This document shows positions 53,390 through 64,000 of a stretch of 64,000 nt of DNA, piece after piece. Source of the DNA: Bigelowiella natans CCMP2755 (taxonomy: Eukaryota > Protista > Cercozoa); assembly GCA_000320545.1 (NCBI GenBank), contig ADNK01001387.1, positions 1 to 64,000 of the forward strand, written 5' to 3'. The notes beneath the pieces are model-generated. The model ran no database searches and was not told where the DNA came from. It was given only the letters and a program-made list of their open reading frames with translations. Each line of letters starts with the position of its first letter. The first letter of the stretch is position 1. A program made the translations under genes and the position numbers.

Positions 53390-55692
53390 TGCATGCATAC
53401 CTACAAACACGTGCGACATTGAAAATGTTGATAATGTTCCACCCTCTCCTTTTGGAAACCACCACATCATCATCATCAGGCTTGAGCAGATGCTCCCATG
53501 GCTTGTTTTCCTATTTGTGGTTTGTGGGAGCGACGCCTACCAAGCTAATCTGGAGGATGAGAATAAGGATCAAGAGGTCAGGAGTTCTCACTTCCCTTTT
53601 TTGTATATTATATATAATTTGTGTATCTTCTTTCCTGATAGTTGTTGAGGGGGGTTCGAGTTTGTTTGTTTTCAACAGTAGTAAAAGGGTGGAATAGTAG
53701 TTAGAGTCTACGAACCAAACTAGAAATCAAAGATTTTCTTTCAACGAAATTGCATGAACATTCCCCCCTTCCCTCTCGATAGGTGAACCTGGACGACGGC
53801 GGTGAGGAGGCTGGGGAAGGAGGGGGGGACGGAGACGTCGAAGTTAAGGATAATGACCAAGAGAACAACTTGTCTGATCAAGAAGGTGCTGTTGCGGCTG
53901 CTGTTGTTTGATTTTAGCAATGGCTTGTGAATAGTCATGGCGTTTAACGTTTGATTTTCCGGATATGAATAGACAAGGATGACAATGAAGACGAAAAGGA
54001 GACCACCTTGCGGCATGGAAACACGGCGGGTCTTACAAGCTCCTCGACAGTTTTCGCGGCCGGCGGTGCTGCAGCCGGTACTGTTGGCGGCTACAAGCTC
54101 GGGGGGGGGGGGAATAAACGGACTTTCACCCCTCGCCAGAGAGAAAAAGCGATCGGGCGCAGAAAAGAGCCCCGCAGTTCAAATACTTCTCACCTCAAAC
54201 AGCCAGTCCATTCACCTGCAACATCGATGCTGGCCAACAGGATGAAAAGACCTGCAGGAGCTGTGAATCCGATGCACAGTTCGTTCCAAAACGTGCTAAA
54301 AGACACTGATCTAATGAGCCTGGGAAATGACAGCTTCTCGGCCAGTAGCCTAGCCTGGGCAGAGGAAACTAGGAGCACGAACATCAATTCTTCGAAGGCC
54401 TCGCACAACTTCGCACAAATATCCTCCTGCTCTAATGACAGCATGCTGAAAGGTCGCCGAGGCAGCATCATGATGCAGGCCACACGTCAAGCTACATTTC
54501 GCACGCAGGAGCGTAGATATCAGCCTTCAAAACTTGGCGTTGTGCACGGTGTTCCTATAACTGAGATCGGAGCTTTGGAGTGGCATTCAAGAGACATTGC
54601 AGCGGTATGTGTAGAGACAGAAGGGCCACGCATTCTTCTTATTCATTTTGCATGGCATGTTTGATCATTAACGATTAACAGAGGTCAACTCAAAGACAGG
54701 TCGAATAATTGGTTTTAACCTCTCTGTATATACTTCATTAGGTATTATTCTGCGTGATAATCTGTCTTGGATTGTCGTTTCTGCTCATTTTCCTTTCATG
54801 GGCAAACAAAGAATCTAACGGGAAGACTTGGCAAATCTCGATGCTCGCCATGCCACAAGATCTCTTCTTCCGCACGTTGGCAATATTGTTTTTCGAGGCC
54901 GTCTTTACTATGCCACTGCACTGCTGTAGTTGCTATTTTTGCCTTTTCTGTTGTGGTAACAGTGAAAAGGTCTTGAAACCTACAAGGATCAAGTCAAGGC
55001 TGTCTGCAATTCTAAACTGCTCGGAGCTTTCGTTCTCAGTGAACAACGGCCTAATTGTGGAATCAGTATCGAAGGCCGGGGCGGATAAGGGAATCCAGGT
55101 GGGATGGCGATTGCTCGCAGTCAACGGCACTCTCATCCTAAATGCCATGGAGCTGAGGGATATCTTGCAGCGTGTGTTTAAGACATACAAAGAATACGAG
55201 GTTGAGTTTGTTGCTAGCGTTGAAGCTGCGAGGGAGATCTTGCGAATGTATGCCCCGGATGAGTGCGAAAATTGGCAAGAAGAAGGAGCGGTGGATATGA
55301 AAGACCATAATACCACCTCGTTGAATAGAAACAAAAGAGTAGGGCCGGACGGACACAGTAGTGTGAGCGAGCTAGTGAGTGATACGAGCGACTCTGCAAT
55401 GGTCGATTTAGATTACGCGCTTCAGGACAACCTGGACTTCATTCTACCATTTGGATGTAAGCAACCGAAGCAGCAGCAGCATCAACAACAACAGAACTTA
55501 CAAGGCTCGATCGGGCGTTTGAGTGCAATTAGTCTTGGGCTCCAGAAGAACACTGCTATAACCCGTGTGTCTCTACGGAAGCATGAAATGGCAAAATTTA
55601 TGGGTGTGGAGGAATCCGAGCTATCGGTATCTAGTGTTCGGGAAGAAGGAATATCCTCTTCATCCGATGAGGAGCCTGGATGGGGAAATTAG
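43804..55692 (+). CDS. Polycystin-1/REJ-like cell-surface receptor: signal peptide, LamG/ConA, 3 H-lectin-like repeats, split F-type lectin, Ser/Thr/Pro stalk, REJ, GPS, about 5 TM, PDZ
   Basis: MRWNSGLFWIPFLAW. LamG motifs WMHVAVT..WYING and FKGKMRGFYIYDEALS. REJ motifs LVLMPRALTPGYTYTFTFTA and NLPPSLGQCTITPSQGMALITDFRLSCHGWSDTDLPLQYRF. GPS motif CMYWNDETRHWSRDGV..TVCETRHLTSF. Polycystin-like HPWFSVLFHHPG..MNSQKR. PDZ-like GLIVESVSKAGADKGIQVGWRLLAVNG. Confidence 0.85.
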
Positions 55693-55719
55693 GCATGCCT
55701 TCAGAATGATGCAATGAAA

Positions 55720-56600
55720 CCTTTTGAACCAATTTTACTTCATGAAACTTTAGCGCATTGATGATCTACGTGCCTCATTTTGGCATTGCACATACATGCT
55801 GCATCACCAGCAATAACACAACTCAAGTTCATTCAGTTTGGTTGCGGCAGAGAACTAGTGCAGCGCGGTACGGTTGTTGGAAGGCGTCAAGGCAGTTGCA
55901 GTTCGTGGTTTGCATTAGTGACTGGACATTGCATTGGGGAAAATGCTTGCACGCATGTGTATCTAGACATTCGCTAACTTGTGCTAGCATCATTCGATGG
56001 TGGCGCAGCGCAGCCACACACTTCAAAAAATGAAACAGACGCTGCAGCAACCACTTGGGGTCGTTGCATGCGTCCACTCGAGCTTGCGCGCGCACGTGCA
56101 TGAAGGATCGCTTGTTTGCACGTCTTGTCTGTTGCTCGGCTGGCGGGTGCACATGTTCGCAGCGAGCAGTGCGACAACTTTGTGGCGGGACGATCGAACA
56201 ACCATTCAATGAACAATTGCTAGCTTGCACGTAGAAGAGGCTTGTTGTTCATGTGTGCACAAGCCATGCACAATCTTCAAGCATGCATGCTTCTAATCCG
56301 AAGCAAACTCAAAATGAATGAAATGACATGTGCGATCGAGCGTGCACATTGGATGTGGCAAAACTATGTCGACTTTGAGGAGACGTGCACATTCATCATG
56401 GACAATGACGCAATGCATGGTGTGCATCATGCATGCAACATTGCTGTGTCCATCATCAGCAGCACCCAGTGACAACGCTAGAACGATGCATCGTACCGTG
56501 ATGATACGACATTCAAATGACATCGTGTGCCAGTGTGCAATGTGCATAATGTGCGCGGCAAGAACGCAGAGCATGTAATCGCGATCCACATCATTGCTGA
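55720..56600. other. TpA-depleted intergenic island
   Basis: No TA in 56041-56220. Survivors are largely in CTA or TAG context. Lies between the two convergent receptor and channel genes. Confidence 0.85.
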
Positions 56601-56657
56601 TTGAAAGATTTGTCGGCCGCCATTTTCTTCGCTGAAATCCTCAGATCGGCAGCTCGG

Positions 56658-59600
56658 TTACTCTTTGAGCACGGGCAAATCATATCCTTTCGCATCAAAC
56701 TGAATTGGTGATCTCCGTTTAGGGTGGCTTGACACCAGATTTTTCAGATTCACGAAGGAACGGCATCTTTCACTTCCTTGAACCTTCGCTCGAGCTCGAC
56801 TTAGGAATGCGCTCGTCATGCCGATTTCCTTGGCTTCCAGCAAGTGCCTTCGTAGTGCATCTCCGTCTTCATTTAAAATGGCTTTGCGTATGTTGACTAT
56901 AATAGCCTGCTCGCGCTCCATCATCGCGATAATCTCTTCTTGTTCATTCTGATATTTTCCCCGGGCGAACGGAGCTGTTTCAATCTTGTTGTTGGTGTCA
57001 TCACCGACGCGGTCTAGTTTACCTTCATGATTAAATCTCCTTTTGTTGTCCCCATACCTTCTCCTCTGCCATGGTCCGTTACTATTTCCCTGTTCCTGCA
57101 TCACTTGTGACGCCAGTTCCACAGAAGCAAGCATGCCAGAGATGTTGTCTAATTTCGCACGAATATCCCCCCATGTAACCTCACAAGCCACAGCGAACTC
57201 CGTCAACTCTTTTGACAATGCCTTGGTGCTGATATGGTCAAACCCCTCTAAAGTTTGACCCTCATGAAACTGTTCGTAGGCTCGGTCGGAAAGCCATCGT
57301 ATTTCTAGGTTAATAATCAAGCCAGCTGCGGCGAACTTGCCCTCTAACTTTATTCGGGACGCCGCCTGATTGAAGCGATGGTTCATCATGGCGATTAGCC
57401 AGTTGAGAAGCATCACAGTAGAGATAACTGTATAAAGTACAAAGAAAAATGTGCCGAGGTAAGGCTCTGAGTCACGGATGGAGTTCCAAAGCTCCAGCTC
57501 ACCCACCAGTACGACATACAATTCTACGAACGCAGAAAATATCGAGTGAAACTCCGTAATAGAGTGCCGGAAGAGACAGTAGAAGACCACGACGAAAGCC
57601 ATATGTATTACTAACCAAACGATACAAAAGATGCCGAAGGCGGAGGTAAGGGACTTCATTGTTGCAATCTGCCCCCCCCAAGTCTCTTGCACCTCTAGGT
57701 AAGAGAACACTCTAGTGCAAGCTAAAATAATAAGAATCGACTGGAACGCTAAACAGACAGGAAACGAAGCCGGATCGTTTGCAAAAACGAGCACAAATTT
57801 TGCGATCGTAAGCGCCAAAGTAACCAGTGCTTCCCCAACGGTCTGATAGTCGGTGTAGATGAATGTTTGCCAGCCTTCAGCCCGCCCTCCGTGGTAGGTC
57901 TGAAATAGCTGTACCGCGCCATAGGCGACAATGATTAATTCACAAATGAAATAAGGAACACTAAGGTACCCAGGCGTATCCTTCAGATACCCGTCCAGAT
58001 TCTGAAACTGGTCAAGATATAAAATCCCAACAACTAGCGACGCCATGTAGAGGGTGTACGTGGCAACTGTAATCTGGAAGATGCTCATTGCGTACTGTTC
58101 CCATTTCATTTGGATAGCGTGGTCAACCAGCGGGTGACTGATCAGGTCCATACACCGGTGCTCCAACATCTTCCGAATTGGCTGCGGCTGTGTCATTTTG
58201 GGAGGGCACACTAACTGGACATCATACTGTACCCACTCAGTTATACCCCATAGCCTCTGTCTATGCACCGCTGTGTCTAGAGCTACCATGGCTGCTGGTT
58301 CGTAGTCCTCAATCAAAGAAATCAACTGTAACCTGCAGCAGCCAATAGAATGATGATGTCAATGATGATGATGATGATGATGATAATGATGATGACGATA
58401 ATAATCAGGTTTTTATTGATTGAAAGGAAATGGAGAAAGTGAGGAATCGTCATATAAATGCAGAAGGTTATCGCTATTAAACAGATGTTCATAAACGAAC
58501 CTTCTGTCAGCAAGACTACACCCGCCTTCGCTGACCAGCATACGAATGACATCCATATACGGGGAATGCTCGACCTGTTAAGAAATAAAGTCGCTGCTTT
58601 CGTCATTCGGTATTATTCCGTTGATTTCATCATCATTTTGTTCGTCCAAATGATTGAAATTATGATATATTCACTCACCACAAATGGACAATATATGCCT
58701 GTTTCATCTTATCAATAACCTGGTCTTTAGGCCCTGTTGCCGATAGTTTTCTCTTCTTTTTCTTGTCGTCGTCGTCATTATTCCTCTCCTTCTGGCTAGG
58801 GTCTATATATGTTTTCTCATAGCTACGGTGGTGCCAGGCAGATGCTGCTTTTTGTATCGGAAACAAACCACCCCGGTCACGCACCATCCTATTTGAATCT
58901 GTAGGACCAAGATCAGATCAGATCACCAGATGCTACTTTTCTCATTAAAATTCTTTCGCAAAATATAATGCTGTGTTGACACTCTTTTCCTCAGCACAAC
59001 GTCGTCCTTGTCATCATCAACGTTGATATCATTACTATCAAAATGGACAAAGACTCCAACATTGAAGCACATCATCAGTACTACAGTAGTAAGCTTCGGC
59101 CTGCTCGCATGCATGCAAGATAAGACAGCGGTGATGGGTGGTCAATATTCAACTAATCGGCTATTACTACTACTACTACTACTACTACCATTTTGGAGGA
59201 GTAGGAAGCGAACGACTTGAACTTGTCCTGCCTGAGAGGCCTCGTGTAACGGTGTACCTGCTTCAGCATCTTCGCCGCCTTTTAGCAGTCAATGGAGTAA
59301 AGAATTAGTGGAAGGTATGAGGTTAGAGGTGATGAAATGATGATAAGGACGACGATGACGAATAGATTCCTGGGCTCGTAATCTTAGATGCTATGAGGAG
59401 GAAGGAGGAAGGAGAAAATATATATGTGACAACAACGCACTACATGTGATATGTTCATCAAGACTATCGAACATACTTACCAGCGTTAACGTCGGCGTGG
59501 TGAGCGATGAGCATTTGCACAATTTCTAAGTGGCCTTCTGAGCAAGCGTAGTGAAGAGGTGTCTCCCCACGATTATTCTCTTTGTTGACAAGCGCCTTAT

Positions 59601-60975
59601 TTTCTAAAAGATACTTGACAACTTTCTTGTGGCCTGCTCCAGAGGCAGAATGCAGGGCAATGGATTCGTTCTCCGCCTCCTGGTTAACATTGGCACTATT
59701 GGTACAAAGCAGCTTAACGATCTCGAGATGACCCTTTGTGGCAGCCACGTGAAGATAACTACGCCCAGCTGTGATGGAAATCCCAGAGATAAGTTGCTCG
59801 CGAAGTGCAAAGAGCGCATCACCCATTATACTTCCCATTTTAACTGACTCCTTCACTGTAAGCTGCTTTCTCACCTTTTCGATCTCCCCTTTCGCGACCA
59901 TATCATAGTGGATGTCAACGGCATTTTTCTGCCCGAAGTTTATAGGCTCTGAGCGTTTTAGCCTGGCCTTGAAATCTTGTGCCACTATCTCCAAGGGGTT
60001 AGGTTGTATCTTGGTTTCTCTTCTTCTGATCTCAGCTGGATTCATCATCCTCCTCCGTGAAGAATCATCATGTGATGATGAAATATTGAAATGCCTTCGA
60101 AGTTCAGGATTACTTCCTTCAGAATTCTCCTCGCGTGGGACGTTCACAGGCACAACAACGGACTTTCGACTAATGAAACCCAGAAATTGTTGAAAGATTG
60201 AACTCCTTCGCCGGTTATGTCCGTCTTGACGCTCCTCCTTTTTTACTGCTAAGGAATGAAGTTTTGGTGATGAAAGTTTTGAGCTGATCCTCTTAACCCG
60301 TTCTCGAAATTTTTTCGGATGATATTTAGTAGCACCCTCCTCTTCAGTGTTGACTCTTCTCATCTTCGAGGTCGCTGTTCGGGTCGTCGTCGTGTTGGAC
60401 GCAGTAGTATTCGAGTAAGGTGACAACGTGTGATTATTATATTTACTTTCCTTGATTATTGAACCAGGACTTGGAGCTCGAGGTATTGTACGTCTATCTA
60501 CGCTACTAGGAATTTTCTTTAAACTTAAAGAAGCATTGGGGGTAAATTTTGTGCGTTGTAGTACCCCATCATTGGAATCAAGGCGAGGGGAAATCCTCGC
60601 AGATCTGTCGTCGTCCTTCGTGTTAGCGATCTTCCATCCATATATCCTATCATTATCATTCTCTTTCGAGGTAACAGGCTGACCGGGGTGCTTCACGAAT
60701 CCCATGTTGTTGTTGTTGTCTTCGGGTAACGACCTCTTACCCCGTTGCTTGTTCTCGTTGTCTCCAGAAAACGACGAATCATCAGGCAATTGAATGATGG
60801 AAGTGCTCTTTACAATATCTTTAAGCTGCTTTCGAGTTTGAGTTCCTCCCCCTCTCTTCCTTCCTGATGCGGCGGATAATCCCGACGATGATGATTCCGA
60901 ACCTGTTGTAACAACTTCACTAGTTCGTTTTGTCGGTCTTCTTGACACAGTAGATCTGGAATTATCTGCCTTCAT
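56658..60975 (-). CDS. Ankyrin-repeat TRP-type cation channel (TRPA/TRPN/TRPV-like)
   Basis: Ankyrin repeats SYLHVAATKGHLEIVKLL, ALHSASGAGHKKVVKYLL and GETPLHYACSEGHLEIVQMLI. Pre-S1 LISHPLVDHAIQMKW. Six TM segments with pore FHSIFSAFVELYVVLVGEL and S6 FFFVLYTVISTVMLLNWLIAMMNHRF. Confidence 0.9.
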
Positions 60976-61199
60976 TCTGTACGTTGGAACAACAGAGAGA
61001 GGCTTATTTTATGTGAACGTGGCGATCATAGTATTTCCTTCTCGTAATATACACTCTGCCTTCCCCAGCAAGTCACATCAGTCATCCACGCTCATAAGGA
61101 CGCCGACGTCTGATCGTTACCATCGTCGAAAATGAATGGATAATTTCAGAAGTTGATGTTGATTGCTTGTCGCAGGATCAAAATATCCTTCATTGAATA

Positions 61200-63325
61200 T
61201 TGGTTGATGTTATTTATTTGTCGCAGGATCAAATTGCCCCTTATTTATTACCACAATTGGAACTTGAAACGCCGACGAAAGAAGAAGAAGAAGAAGCAGA
61301 AGCAGAAGCAAAAGGAGAAAGAGGAGGGGAGGAGGAAAAGGACAAGAAAAAGAAGAAGCATGGAATCCAAAGTAGACTTAGTTAAAGTTCAAATAGTAGT
61401 TGTTCTAGTATTGCCTAATTATATAACGCAAACGAGCTTTACTCTCTTCTGTGATGTCCATAGCAGAACGGAGAAAGAAGCGACAGCAGTCGAAGCAATG
61501 CCGTTCTTCATGTTTTATGGGACATTGAAAATTGCTTCTTGCCGCCCAAGGCTCACGGCGGAGAAGCGTCAAGAAAGATTATCGACGCAATGGAGGAACA
61601 ATTTCAGAAGGTGTGCAACGAAATATTATTATTATTCGAGATACTTACCTCCTCCATGTGAGTAGCTGTTGAATTGAGATTGTTGGGCACTCAGGACCAT
61701 AATGGCCAGCTTCCATGGCATACGGTTGTGAAGGCTTTCGTGCAAGTTAGTGTCGCAGCAAGACACGCCTTTCAAGTTCAGGCGGAAAAGTTTCACGAGA
61801 ACGGCGTTAAGACTATCTTGGTCCCGAATCCAAGGGTAATAATTTATCTAAAGAAGAGGTCGTTGTGTTAAGTTGTGATGTGTTGTGTTGTAACATGCTC
61901 CTTTTGCTTGCACAAATAGAGGGGATGCAATACTACAAGCCCATCGTTATTTCTCGCCATCTTGCTGAATCAGTTCATAATTGCCCACAGGGGAAAAAGG
62001 AGCGAGCAGATTTCATGATCAAAGATGAAATTACGGAGATAATGACCTTCTCCCGAAATCCTTATGCCATAGGATTGGTATCGGGGGACGGTGATTTCTC
62101 CTCGCAGCTAAGCATGCTTAGAGCGAAACAAGTAAAGCTGTATACGATCACACCTGAAAATTCGAAAGCAGATTTTTCCCTTAACCAATATAAAGTTGTT
62201 GCTAGATGGCCATCCATCCTGCAACCATCACCTGACGAAGGCCTTATCGACTATATTCTTGATTTCTTGGAGTCTTCCTCATGGTCTGTACCTCTAAAGA
62301 AGTACTTAGATGAAATATGTTTGGTTTTCGATTCTTGTTCCCAAGAGAACAAGTTGTTGTATACCAAGCTTCATGATGATTATCGCGAGATGATGGAATC
62401 TATGCTGGAGTCTGCTCTTGATGAATTGGAAGTTACGCATGAGAACTTCGTGCGCTCCCTCTCTAAACGTGCCAAGTCTTGGACGCAAGAAGAGCGGAAA
62501 AGAAAAGTTCTGGTGGAAAAAATCGACGATATTTTACGACTCGACGACTTCGAATACTTCAGGTCCAAGATAATAGCACGCCAAAAGGAGATACTGGCAA
62601 AGACTGAAAGGCTTAAAAGAAACTTAAAAAGAAAGGGATCATCATCTAATATTACCACTAATAACCGACAGCAGCCAAAATATCAAGGTCAATCGGTAAT
62701 TCACGATCGAAGAGGAGAAGGTAAAAAACAAGGGAGTACATGGCAAAAATCAAGCGAGGATGTCTTCCAAGAGTACATGAAAAGCACTGAAGTTGTGCAT
62801 GGAATTGTTGCTGGTGTTCGCCGTAAAAGAGGCTTTGGTTTCATTGCTATTACTGGTGTATCTACGAATCTATACTTTCATTTTAACCAAGTAGTTAGAA
62901 AAAATGCCTTTGCGAAGAGGTATCCTCAACGAGGAGATGCTGTTACCTTCTTCGTGACCCACGCTCGGAGGAAGAACAAAGGCTCCAAATTCGAAGCAGC
63001 GGGAGTAAGATGGGGAGAGGGAGTCAAACCTAACAGTCCCCAGTCAGAAGATCAACACATTGCCGCAGTGCTGGATGGCAAGTATTTGACAGGAGTCATT
63101 ACGATGTTGGACGCTGACCAAACTTACGGGGCAATTAGCTCTCCCATCTTTTCAAAGATGATCATTTTCTACACTCAGGATTTTTCAAAGGCAGAACACG
63201 ATGCACGCCTGTCACCAATCGCTCCAGGATCATCAGTCATGTTCAAGATCAAGAAAGGAGCCACAGTGGAATCAACAGACGATGAAGTGTTCTTGCGGGC
63301 ATCCAGTGTAAGAGCAACGTTCTGA
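61200..63325 (+). CDS. NYN ribonuclease domain + BART(ARL2BP/CFAP36)-like domain + two cold-shock/OB domains; 5' end unresolved
   Basis: NYN motifs VLWDIENC (~61510), KKERADFMI and IGLVSGDGDFSSQLSMLR. BART-like ILDFLESSSWSVPLKKYLDEICLVF..LHDDYREMMESMLE..DDFEYFRSKIIARQ. CSD GIVAGVRRKRGFGFI..NLYFHFNQV..GDAVTF, then a second OB-like unit. Confidence 0.8.
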
Positions 63326-63329
63326 AAAG

Positions 63330-64000
63330 TGACAATTGTTGACTGTCAACGTGTGCGCCGTCAGCCGTGCATCTGGGGCGATCGGATCGGAATGGTCAGC
63401 CGCCGTGAATCGAATGCATGTGTCATGCCTGAGACGGATGCAATGAATTGATCAAATGTTTTCAATGATCATCCTGATGTCTAGATGTGAGACGGATGTA
63501 ATGAAATGTTTAAATTTTTCAATGGTCATCCTAATGTAGCTGTGCAGTGCAGCGGCTACAGCGCTTAAATTGTGTCTGATGTCTAGATGTGTAGCTGTGC
63601 AATGCAGCAGCTGCAGCGCTTGTCTAGCTTGTGCTGTGTTTGTTGGTTTCCACAGTCACGTGTTGCATGTATGCCAGCATGTGAAAGCATTTTCTCTGTT
63701 TCGTGTGCATGTCTAGCGCAGTGCGCAACGGCGCGCTCTTTTCTTTCAGCCTCACTGCAGCCTGGTCATAATCAAGTGCGTACGTGCTGTCCACATGTGC
63801 GGTCCATGATGGCTGTCAACTGGTTGCGCACAGTTTGCGCTGCTGGTGAGCGCTAGCTGTGGCTAGCAGAGCGTAGTCGATGCATCATTGGGTGTTGCTT
63901 GCTAATCTAAATCTGTTTCCACTTGATGCTACATGTTGATTAAGCATGCATGCTCTGTTCACATTCTTGAAAATCGCTCAAACTTCTTGACAGCTTCCCT
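63330..64000. other. TpA-depleted island with internal short duplications; runs off the right edge
   Basis: CA/TG-rich, with duplicated 50-bp and 31-bp units at 63431-63621. Confidence 0.8.

Noticed and set aside
53886-53971. Apparent premature stop in the polycystin-like cytoplasmic region
   Set aside because: A GT..AG intron (GAA G/gtgctg..aatag/AC AAG) removes the stop and restores the frame into ORF 54008-54664.
14496-63325. Ciliary or calcium-signalling gene cluster (Tctex, calcineurin, polycystin-like, TRP, BART domain)
   Set aside because: These genes are interspersed with unrelated housekeeping genes (CMS1, U2AF65, RCC1L-like), and such genes are common enough in flagellate genomes to co-occur by chance.

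Overview
Gene-dense, intron-rich eukaryotic nuclear DNA. The mix of short GT-AG introns and long microsatellite-filled introns suggests a protist, possibly chlorarachniophyte-like; this is an inference from style only. About 16 multi-exon genes can be reconstructed. Confident or likely calls are a rhodanese-like protein, a mitochondrial RCC1L-like protein, a Tctex1-type dynein light chain, CMS1/CMSS1, U2AF65, calcineurin A, a CaaX-ending Ras-like GTPase, an STK32/YANK-like kinase, a 12 kb polycystin-1-like (lectins-REJ-GPS-TM-PDZ) gene, an ankyrin-TRP channel and an NYN+BART+cold-shock-domain protein. The strongest unexplained signal is not a gene. About ten 0.5-2.3 kb intergenic islands have lost most or nearly all TpA dinucleotides and gained CpA/TpG. 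CpG is retained in them, the surviving TpA sits mostly in CTAG, and neighbouring introns keep long (TA)n tracts. Short local duplications differ from each other by TA<->CA and TA<->TG changes. This looks like a targeted, strand-symmetric A:T->G:C hypermutation of intergenic or pseudogene DNA, roughly the mirror image of fungal RIP. All counts are hand counts and approximate. Exon boundaries are reconstructed by eye. No tRNA, rRNA, CRISPR array or intact transposon was recognised.
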